Below are positions 36,433 through 46,018 of a stretch of 64,000 nt of DNA, one piece after another. The position numbers were made by a program, and so were the translations under genes. Each line of letters starts with the position of its first letter. Positions within the stretch are counted from its first letter, which is position 1. This DNA is from a bacterium (GTDB lineage Bacteria > UBA8248), in NCBI GenBank assembly GCA_965207065.1, contig OZ242260.1, forward strand, positions 832,001-896,000. The letters are read 5' to 3'. Below the pieces are notes generated by a model. It was not told the DNA's origin. It was given only the letters and a program-made list of their open reading frames with translations, and did no database searches.

Positions 36433-37716
36433 TCAACCGCTCGGCGCCTCATAGCGGACTTCCCCGTTCGTGACGGTGCAGACGACGAACGCGCCCGGGT
36501 CGAAAACGTCGCCCAGGTTAAACCCGCCCGTGCCGCGAGGCGGACAGACGACGCAGAAATCGGCCGCGCCGCCGGGCTTCAGGACGCCCATGTTATCGAA
36601 GCCGAGCGCCTCGGCGCCCGCGCGCGTGCACATATCGAGCAGTTCGCTATCGCTTATCTCCGCATCCGAACCACGAAGCGCGCGGGCCTCGTCCAGAAGC
36701 GAGAGGTTGGGGCTGCTCGCCAGGCTGTCGGTTCCCAGGCACAGCTCCAGACCCGCCTCGCGCATGCGCGCCGCATCGGCGAAGGGGTGCTCGAAAAAAC
36801 GCGCCGAGCGCGGGCAAAGACAGACGCGCACCCCGTTCTTCCTGAGGAGCGCCCAGTCTTCCGCGTTCGTCTGGTTCGAGTGAACGGCGAGGGTGAGGCC
36901 ATCGAGCGCGCCCGTGAGATCGAGATGGGCGGCGGGGCGCAGGCCCGAGGGCTTGAAGCCGTGAAGCTGACCGTTCAGCTCATGGTGGACTCTCGCGAGC
37001 ACGCCGCCGCCGTCTTGTAAGAATTCGACCTCATGCATGCTTTCGCCCAGGTGCGTCGCCACGGGCCAGCCTCTCGATCTCGCCTCATCGCGCACGGCGC
37101 GGTAAAGAGCGAGCGAGGCGCTATAGGGCGCATGGGGACTCAGGCCATGCCGCACGGCGTTCGGTATGAGGCCCTTATATTCGGGAAACAGGTCACACGC
37201 CTTCATTTTTTCCGCCAGAACCTCATCCGCCCGCGCAGGGTCGAGCCCCAGCACCTCGTGGAACACCACGCCGCGCATCCCGGCACCCGATATCGCCGTA
37301 GCGCTCTCTCCCGAAGTCGAGACGTCGCCCACACAAGTGACGCCCGCCGCCAGGCTCGCGGCAGCGCCGATCTGCGCAGAAGCCAGAAACAGATGCGCGG
37401 GCCAGCCCCTCATCTCGCGCACGAGGGAGACGATCCAATCCTCCATCGGGCCGGGCTTTCGCTTCAGGCCCGAGAGTTCGAGATGCGTGTGCGCGTTGAC
37501 GAGGCCGGGAATCAGGATAGCGCGCCCGAAGTCGCGCTCTTCGGCCACGGGTTCCGCAGGGCGTACGAATGCTTCTTCTCCTACAGCCAAAACGCGGCCG
37601 GAGGACGTCAGGACAGCGCCGCGCCGGATGGGCGGCCCGTCCACCGGACAGACCAGGTCCGCCACCCAAAGCTCCATCTTCTGCTTTTGGGGCGTTCGGG
37701 GCGATTCCGTCGTCAC
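36433..37716 (-). CDS. Amidohydrolase, possibly aminodeoxyfutalosine deaminase
   Basis: PGLVNAHTHLELS, SPHAPYS, THLGES and GTDSLAS motifs; directly downstream of mqnC. Confidence 0.75.
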   Translation of the reverse strand: MTTESPRTPQKQKMELWVADLVCPVDGPPIRRGAVLTSSGRVLAVGEEAFVRPAEPVAEERDFGRAILIPGLVNAHTHLELSGLKRKPGPMEDWIVSLVREMRGWPAHLFLASAQIGAAASLAAGVTCVGDVSTSGESATAISGAGMRGVVFHEVLGLDPARADEVLAEKMKACDLFPEYKGLIPNAVRHGLSPHAPYSASLALYRAVRDEARSRGWPVATHLGESMHEVEFLQDGGGVLARVHHELNGQLHGFKPSGLRPAAHLDLTGALDGLTLAVHSNQTNAEDWALLRKNGVRVCLCPRSARFFEHPFADAARMREAGLELCLGTDSLASSPNLSLLDEARALRGSDAEISDSELLDMCTRAGAEALGFDNMGVLKPGGAADFCVVCPPRGTGGFNLGDVFDPGAFVVCTVTNGEVRYEAPSG

Positions 37717-37729
37717 GGGAGAGGCGTTA

Positions 37730-38809
37730 CTAGATCAGTTCGTAGAAGAAGTTGCGCCGCCTGGGCGTGAAGCCGGCGTTTCGCGCCATGCGGTGGAGGT
37801 CGTCCTCGTTCAGGGCGTAGGTGGTGCCGGCGGCGCTCACCACGTTTTCTTCGAGCATGGTGGAACCCATGTCGTTGCAGCCGTAGTGGAGCGATATCTC
37901 GCCTATCTTCATGCCCTGCGTCACCCAGGAGGACTGGAAGTTCGCGATATTGTCGAGATACAGGCGGCTGATGGCCAGCATCCTGAGATATTCGCTGCTG
38001 CCCACCGTCTGGGCCTTGAGCGGCGCCGCGCCGTCGTTCTGGAACGTCCAGCATATATACGCCGTGAAGCCGCCCGTCTCGTCCTGGAGTTCGCGCAGGC
38101 GGTGTAAGTGTTCGACCCGTTCGGCATCGGTTTCCACGTGGCCGAACATCATCGTGGCGCTGGAGCGGATACCCTGGTTGTGGGCGGCGCGCATGACCCC
38201 GAGCCAGCCTTCCGTGTCGACTTTCAGCCGCGAAATCTTCTCTCGCACGCGGTCGACCAGAATCTCGCCGCCGCCGCCCGGCACGGAATCCAAGCCCGCA
38301 GCATTCAGGCGCGTGAGCACCACCTCGTAAGGCATGTCCTCGAGCCGGGCGATGTGGTGAATCTCGGGCGGACTCAAGGCGTGGAGATGGAGGTCCGGAA
38401 ACTCACTCTTCATCCAGGAGAAGAGCTCCTCGTACCATTCTATACGCAAGTCCGGGTGGTGGCCGCCCTGGAGCAGTATCTGGCGGCCTCCCACGGCGTA
38501 GAGCTCATCGAGTTTCTGTCTTATCTCGTCACGCGTGCGGATATAGGCTTCGGGGTGATCGCCCGGCGGACGGTAGAACGCGCAGAAGGTGCAGTAGACG
38601 TCGCACACGTTCGTGTAGTTGATGTTCCTGTCCACGCAATAGGTGGCGTAGCCCTCGGGGTGCAGTCGCGCGCGCACGTCGTCCGCCGCGGCGCCCAGGG
38701 CGACAAGATCGTCCCCTTCGAGCAGGGCGAGGCCTTCCTCATAAGAGAGGCGCTCGCCCGCCGCCGCCTTTTCAATCGCCTCGTAGAACGCCGTCGTCGC
38801 CGTGGTCAT
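37730..38809 (-). CDS. mqnC: Cyclic dehypoxanthinyl futalosine synthase (radical SAM)
   Basis: DRNINYTNVCDVYCTFCAFYR, LLQGGHHP, SSWVTQG and MLEENVV motifs. Confidence 0.92.
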   Translation of the reverse strand: MTTATTAFYEAIEKAAAGERLSYEEGLALLEGDDLVALGAAADDVRARLHPEGYATYCVDRNINYTNVCDVYCTFCAFYRPPGDHPEAYIRTRDEIRQKLDELYAVGGRQILLQGGHHPDLRIEWYEELFSWMKSEFPDLHLHALSPPEIHHIARLEDMPYEVVLTRLNAAGLDSVPGGGGEILVDRVREKISRLKVDTEGWLGVMRAAHNQGIRSSATMMFGHVETDAERVEHLHRLRELQDETGGFTAYICWTFQNDGAAPLKAQTVGSSEYLRMLAISRLYLDNIANFQSSWVTQGMKIGEISLHYGCNDMGSTMLEENVVSAAGTTYALNEDDLHRMARNAGFTPRRRNFFYELI

Positions 38810-38861
38810 GGGTTTCCTCAAGGTTATCTCAAGCCCTGGGAATAATGCGGGAGAGCCGCGA

Positions 38862-40601
38862 TCAGGTCAACAGATGGAACCGGCGGTGCGAGTCGTTCCC
38901 CCGCCCAAGAGCGACATCGCGGGGATTCTCGATGGCGCGGATGGTGAGAGGCGCGTCGCGGTTTCTCACTTCGATCTGGTGCGCGGGAAAGGCGGAGACG
39001 TCCGCCCCTGCGCGCTCCGCGACCAGAGAGGAGATGACGAGCCGACAGCCGTATTCCTTCGTCAAATCCTGAAGGCGGCTGGCCGTGTTCACCGTATCGC
39101 CCACCGCCGTGAGATACTTCGCCACGCCCCGGCCCATCTCGCCCACCACGGTGGGGCCGGTGTGTATTCCGACGCCAACGCGAAGAGGCTCTTCGAGTTC
39201 ATCGGCGAGCGTCTTGCTCATTTCATCGAGCACGTCCACGATGGCGCAGGCCGCCGCCAAGGCCTGCCTGCAGCCCTCCTCAGGACCCTCCTCCACACCG
39301 AAGAGCGCCATGACGCCGTCTCCCACGAACTGGTTGATGAGTCCCCCCTCTTTGGTGATCGCCTCGCCCATCGCCTCGAAATAGCAGTTGAGGAAAAACA
39401 CGACGTCGTAGGGGAGTTTCTTCTCGGCGATACGGGTGAAACCCCTCAAGTCGGCGAACAGGACGGCCACGCCGCGCTCCTGTCCTGCGGCATAGCCCTT
39501 TTGCGCGAAACCCTGCGCCGCATTCGCTCTGGCGGGCAGCATGAGCAGGACCGAGAGGTCCGCCCCCGGCCGCAACTGGCACGCCAGGCGGACGTCGGGC
39601 GCGGCCTTGATGCGCTCCAGGACGCGCTGCTCCTCAACCTGCGCGGGTGGTATGGCATCCGCCCCGCCCAGCAGTTTCACCCGGCAGGTGGAGCACCGCC
39701 CGCGTCCCCCGCAAACCGAAGCGTGCGGGACGCCTGCGGCGCGGCTCGCCTCCAGCACGGTGGAGCCCACCGGCGCCACGGCCTCCCGTCCGCCCGCGTA
39801 TGCGACGCGGAACGTCTTGCGCATCCGCTCCCGCGCACAGCGCGCTCCCCGCGCGAGGAACACCAGCGCGACCAGTCCCAGATAGCCCCACCAGAGCGTG
39901 TCGCGCGCGAGGTGGAGTTCTTCTCTTTGCGCGCGGTCCGGCATCCCGGTGTGGCGCAGCATATCGCGCCGCCATTCCGCATCCGCCGACAGCCTCGCCG
40001 CCTCGCGCCCGCCCTGGCTGAAGCCCGCCAGCGATAAGGCCGCGACCAGCACCATGACGGACAGACAGGCCGGAAACCACTTCGAATACCAGGACCTGAG
40101 CCGCAGCCAGTAGTGGAGGCCCACGCCGGCGTGCGTCCAGGCGATGAGGAGAAAAATCGTCTGTTTCAAGCCCACGTCGGGCGAGCGCTCCCAATAGAGG
40201 AACATCAGGCGCTCGTAGGTATCCAGCGTGCCGAACCACTCATGGGCCAGGCGCGTGCCCACGACGTGCGAGATCATGAACAGCGGGATGGAAAGGCCCA
40301 GGACTATCTGGGCCCCCTCCCAGAGCGGCATCCTGAGGCTACGGCGGCCAAACAGGCCGTACATCGCAAGCGCCGTATGCAGGATGAGCGAACTATAAAA
40401 GAGCACCGAGCCGGGGACGCTTCGCCAGAACCCCAGGAACCAGAATCTGCCCGCGTCCATCGCAGCGAGCGAGGCCAGACCCAGGGTGTGATTCAAAAGA
40501 TGGGTGATGAGAAAGAGGAAAAGAACGCAGCCGGAGCCAAGGCTCATGCGCCTGCGCCAGTGTTCGACGGATGAGGCCGGGGCAGACGCATCAGAAGCCA
40601 T
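38862..40601 (-). CDS. Membrane class III adenylate cyclase with His-containing TM domain and 2Fe-2S ferredoxin domain (CyaC-like)
   Basis: THLLNH TM region; CGGRGRCSTCRV...RLACQ; LFADLRGFT, GDGVMALF and GDTVNTASRL motifs. Confidence 0.88.
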   Translation of the reverse strand: MASDASAPASSVEHWRRRMSLGSGCVLFLFLITHLLNHTLGLASLAAMDAGRFWFLGFWRSVPGSVLFYSSLILHTALAMYGLFGRRSLRMPLWEGAQIVLGLSIPLFMISHVVGTRLAHEWFGTLDTYERLMFLYWERSPDVGLKQTIFLLIAWTHAGVGLHYWLRLRSWYSKWFPACLSVMVLVAALSLAGFSQGGREAARLSADAEWRRDMLRHTGMPDRAQREELHLARDTLWWGYLGLVALVFLARGARCARERMRKTFRVAYAGGREAVAPVGSTVLEASRAAGVPHASVCGGRGRCSTCRVKLLGGADAIPPAQVEEQRVLERIKAAPDVRLACQLRPGADLSVLLMLPARANAAQGFAQKGYAAGQERGVAVLFADLRGFTRIAEKKLPYDVVFFLNCYFEAMGEAITKEGGLINQFVGDGVMALFGVEEGPEEGCRQALAAACAIVDVLDEMSKTLADELEEPLRVGVGIHTGPTVVGEMGRGVAKYLTAVGDTVNTASRLQDLTKEYGCRLVISSLVAERAGADVSAFPAHQIEVRNRDAPLTIRAIENPRDVALGRGNDSHRRFHLLT

Positions 40602-40625
40602 GAAACCAATCTCCAGGCAGGCGGC

Positions 40626-41417
40626 TCAGAGGGGGTTTTTCTCCAGGAATTTTTCCATCTGCGCGATGAAGGCTCCCGGCTGATCCCAGAATACGCTGTG
40701 GCCCGCATCGGGGATGATGGAAGTCGTGCAATCGGGCACGCCCTTCGCATACACTTCACTGAAAGATATAGGACCGGCGTCGTTCTCCCCGTGGCACACC
40801 CAGGTGGGTACGGAGATCTTGTGCAGCTCGTCCCGTAAAACCGGCATTGTGAACAGCGCGTTCGCGGTATCGGCGAACGTCTGCGGCGTGTTCTTGAGAT
40901 ACCGCTCCCTGTACTCCTCGGCCAGAGGACCCTCGCGCAGGCTCTCGGGAATTTCGTCGCGGCGCAGCTTGTATTCGTGCAGCGCTTCCATCCCTTCGGT
41001 TTCGGCCACCTGAAGGTTCTCCTCGAACATCTGCCGGTACGCGCCCGATGGCGGGCCTGCGGATGCGGCGGATAGCATAAGGCGGCTCAGGCGCTCTGGA
41101 TGCTGAATCCCCACCATGGTGCCCGTGCGCCCGCCCATACTCTGGCCGAGATAATCGGTGCGCTCGACGCCCAAGGCGTCCAGAAAACCCACGACGTCAT
41201 CCGCGAAGGTCTGGATGGTGTAGGGGCCGCGCGGCTTGTCCGAATCGCCGTGGCCGCGCAGATCGAGCGCGTACACATGGAAGCGATCCGCCAGCCAGTC
41301 GATGAGGGGCGTGAAGGAGAAATGAGAGTTCTGAAACCCGTGCACCAGAAGAAAGTGCGTCCCTTCGCCTCGTTCGATGTAGTTGATGTCGATTCCGTTC
41401 ACGCGCGCTTTCGGCAA
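40626..41417 (-). CDS. Alpha/beta hydrolase (PcaD-like)
   Basis: VHGF, DLRGHG.S, GQSMGG, GEND and AGH motifs. Confidence 0.9.
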   Translation of the reverse strand: MPKARVNGIDINYIERGEGTHFLLVHGFQNSHFSFTPLIDWLADRFHVYALDLRGHGDSDKPRGPYTIQTFADDVVGFLDALGVERTDYLGQSMGGRTGTMVGIQHPERLSRLMLSAASAGPPSGAYRQMFEENLQVAETEGMEALHEYKLRRDEIPESLREGPLAEEYRERYLKNTPQTFADTANALFTMPVLRDELHKISVPTWVCHGENDAGPISFSEVYAKGVPDCTTSIIPDAGHSVFWDQPGAFIAQMEKFLEKNPL

Positions 41418-41488
41418 GGTATTTCTCCTTTCGTTTCGCCACTTTGGCCCTTTGGCCGACTCTTTTGTCCTTTAGGCGATGAAAAGTT

Positions 41489-42910
41489 TCACGCCCCCAC
41501 GGGGGGCCGTTCGTTCCTGAGTTCTGGCGTCGCTTCTTCATAGGCGTGGGCCACGCGCAGGACGTCGGTCTCGCGCCAGGGGCCGCTCGCGATCTGGAGA
41601 GAGGTCGGCATGCCCTCCGAATTCCGGCCCATCGGCGTGACGAGCGCCGGGAAGCCCGTGGCGTTGTGCGGCGCGAGAAACGGCCTGTGGATGTTCTTGT
41701 AGGATACGTCCCGCCCGTTCATCCGGACGGTGAGCGTCTCTATCGGCGGGGCGACGCAGGGCATGGCGGGCTGGATGAGGGCGTCGGCGCCTTCAAAGAA
41801 CGCGGCGACCTCGCGCTGGGCCAGAACGCGTTCTCTCATCGCGCGCACGTAATTATCCGGCGCGATCTGGAACGACCACTCAATGCGCTCGCGCACGTCC
41901 GCCCCGTAGCCATCCGGGTTTTCTTCGAAAAACGGCCTGTGGAATTCGCTGAACTCAGGCCCCGAGATGAGGGGGAAGAAATCCATGAGCCTCTGGTGGT
42001 GCGCGAAGGATACCTCTTCCACCACAGCACCCAGGGCGCGGAACACCTCCACCGCCGCCTCGAACGCCGCCGTGACCTCCGAATCCACCTCGGCATGACC
42101 GTGAAAATCCGGGCAGACGAGGATGCGGCTGCCGCGCACGCCGTCCTCGATACTCGCAGTGTAGTCGGGAACGGGGATATTTTGGCACTTGGAATCCCGG
42201 GCGTCATAACCCGCCACCGCCTGAAGCATTATTCCTGCGTCGCGCGCCGTGCGCGTCATGGGCCCCGCATGGTCGAGACTCAGGGCGTTGGGGCAGATGC
42301 CCCGAATGCTCACCCGGCCGTGGGTCGTCTTGAAGCCCACCCCCCCGCACAGGGAAGCGGGGTTTCTGATGGAGCCGCCCGTATCCGTGCCGATGGCCGC
42401 GGGCGCAAGCCCCGCCGCACACGCCGCCCCAGAGCCGCCGCTCGAACCGCCGACGATGCGCTCGGTGTCCCAGGGGTTTCGCACGGTGCCGTAGTGCGGG
42501 TTGATGCTCACCGCCGCGGCGGCGAACTCGTGCGTGACCGTCTTGCCGAGCATGACGGCGCCCGCGTCCTTCAAGCGCCTGATGATCTCCGCATCCTCGC
42601 GGGGCACGTTGTCACGGTGAAAGGAAGAACCGTGGGTGGTGAGCACGCCCGCCGTCTCGACAATGTCCTTCGCCCCGTAAGGAACACCGTGCATGGGGCC
42701 GCGCCACTGGCCACCGGCTATCTCGGCCTCGGCGGACTTCGCCGCTTCCATGGCGAGTTCGGCCGTCACCGTCTGGTAGGCGAACAGCCTGGGGTTCACC
42801 GCCTCGATGCGCCTGAGGTGCGCTTCCGCCACCTCGACGGGGGAGATTTCCTTCTTGCGAATCATCCCCGCCAGATCGTGAATGCTCGTGAAGCAAAGGT
42901 CATCACTCAT
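41489..42910 (-). CDS. Amidase signature family protein; in frame with upstream mqnA but has its own RBS
   Basis: YGAKD, GGSSGGS and GTDTGGSIRNPAS motifs; AAGGAGG before ATG 42910. Confidence 0.9.
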   Translation of the reverse strand: MSDDLCFTSIHDLAGMIRKKEISPVEVAEAHLRRIEAVNPRLFAYQTVTAELAMEAAKSAEAEIAGGQWRGPMHGVPYGAKDIVETAGVLTTHGSSFHRDNVPREDAEIIRRLKDAGAVMLGKTVTHEFAAAAVSINPHYGTVRNPWDTERIVGGSSGGSGAACAAGLAPAAIGTDTGGSIRNPASLCGGVGFKTTHGRVSIRGICPNALSLDHAGPMTRTARDAGIMLQAVAGYDARDSKCQNIPVPDYTASIEDGVRGSRILVCPDFHGHAEVDSEVTAAFEAAVEVFRALGAVVEEVSFAHHQRLMDFFPLISGPEFSEFHRPFFEENPDGYGADVRERIEWSFQIAPDNYVRAMRERVLAQREVAAFFEGADALIQPAMPCVAPPIETLTVRMNGRDVSYKNIHRPFLAPHNATGFPALVTPMGRNSEGMPTSLQIASGPWRETDVLRVAHAYEEATPELRNERPPVGA

Positions 42911-43738
42911 GTCGTCCTCCTTGGAGGCTGAGTTTTCCACTACCTCCACGTGTGCTACCACCTCATCGACGAAGCGGGGCTCCCAGCCATCGGACACAAG
43001 GCCGTCCTCGACGAGAAGATGATAATAACGCCCCAGGCCCTCCAGTTCCTCGTCGCCCACGTCGTAGCGGATGCACTCGGTGAGATAACACCACGCCGTG
43101 TTCCTGTCGACGCCGGGCGGAAGCGCGCCGTTCACGATCTCCTCTATCCGTCCGACGCCCTCTTTTTTCGCGTTCTGCAAAAGCGCTGCGGCCTCGGCGT
43201 TTCCCGCCCCCTGACGGAACACCCAGAGCGCATACACGAAGGGGAGTCCCGTGAAATTCTGCCACTCCTCGCCCAGGTCGAGCACGTAGTGATCACCCGG
43301 CGGTTCGCGCAGCGCGTTGTCGCCGATGAGCAAGAAGGCGTCGAGCGACTCGTCCGCCCGCGGTGGTTTGATCGGGTCGATTGGGACGAACTCGGGCTCC
43401 GCCCCCCAGCGGTGTTTCAGATAGACGCGCGCCATGTTCGTCGCGGCGAGCGACCAGCTATCCAGCCCCACGCGACGCAGCGAATCAGCCGGTTTCCGGC
43501 AATAGAGGCGGATGCTCTCCACCGGGCCTTTGCTCGCGATGCCCACACCGGGCGCGAAACGCGCGCCGCGCATCCCGAAAAGGGCGAACGAGGAGACGAG
43601 CGCGCCGTCGAGCTCTCCGCTCTCAAGCATTTCCGCCAGTTTCGAGGGGGGTTCGACGAGGAGTTCGACCGCCGGGTTTCCTTCCAGCGCAATCGTGAGG
43701 GGTCTGGCGTTCAGGAAGGGAACGGTGCCGAGTTTCAT
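42911..43738 (-). CDS. mqnA: Chorismate dehydratase (futalosine pathway); no stop codon before the amidase
   Basis: PFLNARPL, GPVESI, LLIGDNAL and DLGEEW..FTGLPFVYALW motifs. Confidence 0.9.
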
Positions 43739-43746
43739 GGTGGTGC

Positions 43747-44886
43747 TCAGGCGTGAACTGCCCATTGATCTCCCTGGCGCGTGACTTCCCGGTAGAGCGT
43801 GTCGCGCTCGATGGGCTCGCGCCCCACCTCGCGGATGAGGCGGCGGATGTCGTTCACGGTGAGTTCGTGCGGCGTCTTGGCGCCCGCCATGTGGTAGATC
43901 TTCTCCTGGACGACGGTGCCGTCCAGATCGTCCACGCCGAAGCGCTGCGAGATTTGCGCGACCGGCTGGCCCACCATGATCCAGTACGCCTTGATGTGGG
44001 GAATGTTGTCGAGCAGAAGGCGCCCGACAGCGTAGTTCCTGATGTCGAGCATCCCGCCCGTGGAGGGGATGTCGTCCATCTGCGTGTTCTCGGGATGAAA
44101 CGCGAGCGGGATGAAGGTGGTGAACCCGCCGGTCTCGTCCTGCAGGTCGCGGAGCCTGAGCATGTGGTCCACGCGATCCTCGTTCGATTCCACGTGGCCG
44201 TAGAGCATGGTGCACGTACTGCGGATGCCCTTGTTGTGGGCAATACGGTGGATCTCCAGCCAGTCCTCGCCCGAGTGCTTGCCCTTGCAGATTTTAGACC
44301 GCGTGGGTTCGGCGAAAATCTCCGCGCCGCCGCCCGTGAGCGAACCGAGCCCCGAGCGCACCAGGTGATCCAGCGTCTCCTCCACGCTCATCTTGGCAAT
44401 GTGATCGGCGAGAAAGCGGATCTCCGTGGCCGTGAAGACTTTGAGGTGCAGTTGCGGGTGAATCTCCTTGATGCCCTGGATCATCTCCAGATAGTAGTCG
44501 AAGGGCAGATCGGGATGAAGACCGCCCACCATGTGGAACTCGGTGCGGCCCCGGCCCAGCGTCTCCGCCATCTTGAAGATTTCTTCCAGCGAATAGGCAT
44601 AGGCGTCCTGCTGGCCTTCCTTCTTGCCGAACGCGCAGAACTTGCACGCCTTCCACAGCACGCAGATGTTCGAGTAATTGATGTGGCTGTTCACGTTGTA
44701 ATAGGTGCGGTTCCCGTGTAAGCGCTCGCGCACGACGTTCGCCAGGAAGCCTACGGCGTTCACGTCCTCGGCTTCGTAGAGGCGCACGCCCTCCTCGAAG
44801 GAAAGGCGCAGCCCCGCCTCGACTTTTTCGAGGATATCGCCCAGAGGGCCTCTCTGGACGCGCGAGCGCATGAAGTCGCGGTTCAT
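43747..44886 (-). CDS. mqnE: Aminofutalosine synthase (radical SAM)
   Basis: NYSNIC...CKFCAF (one extra pair of residues between the first two Cys), HMVGGLHP, HIKAYW and EKIYHMAGA motifs. Confidence 0.92.
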   Translation of the reverse strand: MNRDFMRSRVQRGPLGDILEKVEAGLRLSFEEGVRLYEAEDVNAVGFLANVVRERLHGNRTYYNVNSHINYSNICVLWKACKFCAFGKKEGQQDAYAYSLEEIFKMAETLGRGRTEFHMVGGLHPDLPFDYYLEMIQGIKEIHPQLHLKVFTATEIRFLADHIAKMSVEETLDHLVRSGLGSLTGGGAEIFAEPTRSKICKGKHSGEDWLEIHRIAHNKGIRSTCTMLYGHVESNEDRVDHMLRLRDLQDETGGFTTFIPLAFHPENTQMDDIPSTGGMLDIRNYAVGRLLLDNIPHIKAYWIMVGQPVAQISQRFGVDDLDGTVVQEKIYHMAGAKTPHELTVNDIRRLIREVGREPIERDTLYREVTRQGDQWAVHA

Positions 44887-45034
44887 GGTTCACCTTCTAC
44901 TTTTTCGTCTCATCGGAGAATCAATCCAGCCGGTGACGCACGGGCGCATTCTGGAGGCTGGAGGGGGGGATGTCAACGCGGGGTGGGGGTGGTACGCAGC
45001 CCACACATACTCTCCTTCGCTCCCTTACAACCCA

Positions 45035-45913
45035 TCACTCGCCGAAAAAATACTTCACGCCGAGCATCACGGAGAAGTGGTTCATGCCGCTGATCGTGGT
45101 GAAGTTGGAGAGGCCGGGGACCGGGTGGAAATCGTAGTCGCCTTTGACGTCCTCCATGTCGCCCACCATGGAGTAGGTGAGCTTGAGGCCGAGCAGCACC
45201 TTGTCGCTCGCGCGGTAGTCGAGGCCGGCATGCAGATGCGCGGACAAGACGGTGTCGGTCAGGTCCTCGTTCTGGCGGCCGTCGTACTGCTCGGGCATAT
45301 CGCAATCCATTGCCGGATTCTTGCACGAGTAGCGCGCCTCGAAATACACGCCCGAGAGCTCGACGAAGGAAACGCCCACGCCCGCGCCCACGTAGGGCGT
45401 GAAGCGGCTTCCCGCGATGGAAAAGTCGTAGTAGGCGTTCAGCGAGAGGGTGCGCGTCGTCAGATCGTCAATACTGGCGTTGGCCTCGCTTTGATAATTG
45501 CTCACCGGGCGGGCCATGATGCGCGCGCCGTCCAGATAGGTGATGTCGGTGAATTTCTGCTCGACGTCGTTTTTCCGCTGGGCCAGCCCCAGTTCCAGGC
45601 GAAAATCGCCGAAGGTGCGGCCGACGGAAATCTCGAGCGCCGCGCCGTCGTCCGCATCCAGATCATAGAACCACCGGTAGCCCTCGGGCGCGCCGCCGGC
45701 GAGGTGGCTGCAGTCGTCTTCGGGGTAGCAGATGTTGTCCCGGTTATGGCCCGCCTGCTCGATCCCCGAAGCCTTGTTGATCCCGATGCTCGCTCCCACG
45801 TACCAGCCCGAAGGCTTCGCCTCCTGGGCGGCGCTCGCACCCGCCGCGACGAGAATCGCGCATACCGCCAGCACAGCTATGATGACACAGAATTTCCCGG
45901 GTGATGCTCTCAT
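45035..45913 (-). CDS. Outer-membrane beta-barrel protein (opacity/P44-like)
   Basis: Signal peptide; GWYVG, NAYYDF, FTPYVGAGVG and a terminal GVKYFF. Confidence 0.8.
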   Translation of the reverse strand: MRASPGKFCVIIAVLAVCAILVAAGASAAQEAKPSGWYVGASIGINKASGIEQAGHNRDNICYPEDDCSHLAGGAPEGYRWFYDLDADDGAALEISVGRTFGDFRLELGLAQRKNDVEQKFTDITYLDGARIMARPVSNYQSEANASIDDLTTRTLSLNAYYDFSIAGSRFTPYVGAGVGVSFVELSGVYFEARYSCKNPAMDCDMPEQYDGRQNEDLTDTVLSAHLHAGLDYRASDKVLLGLKLTYSMVGDMEDVKGDYDFHPVPGLSNFTTISGMNHFSVMLGVKYFFGE

Positions 45914-46018
45914 TTCGTCCTCTCCTGCTCGATGTTGGATGATTCGGATACCCTCGTGGTGAACGATTCCATAGCCCGGGGGATTAAGCGCGTCATGAGC
46001 AATCGATACACAACGCCA

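Noticed and set aside
41489-42910. Calling the amidase gatA
   Set aside because: No gatB or gatC is adjacent, and only general amidase-signature motifs are visible.
43739-44215. N-terminal part of the 908-aa ORF 41489..44215
   Set aside because: It overlaps mqnE in another frame and is low-complexity; MqnA homology starts at ATG 43738.
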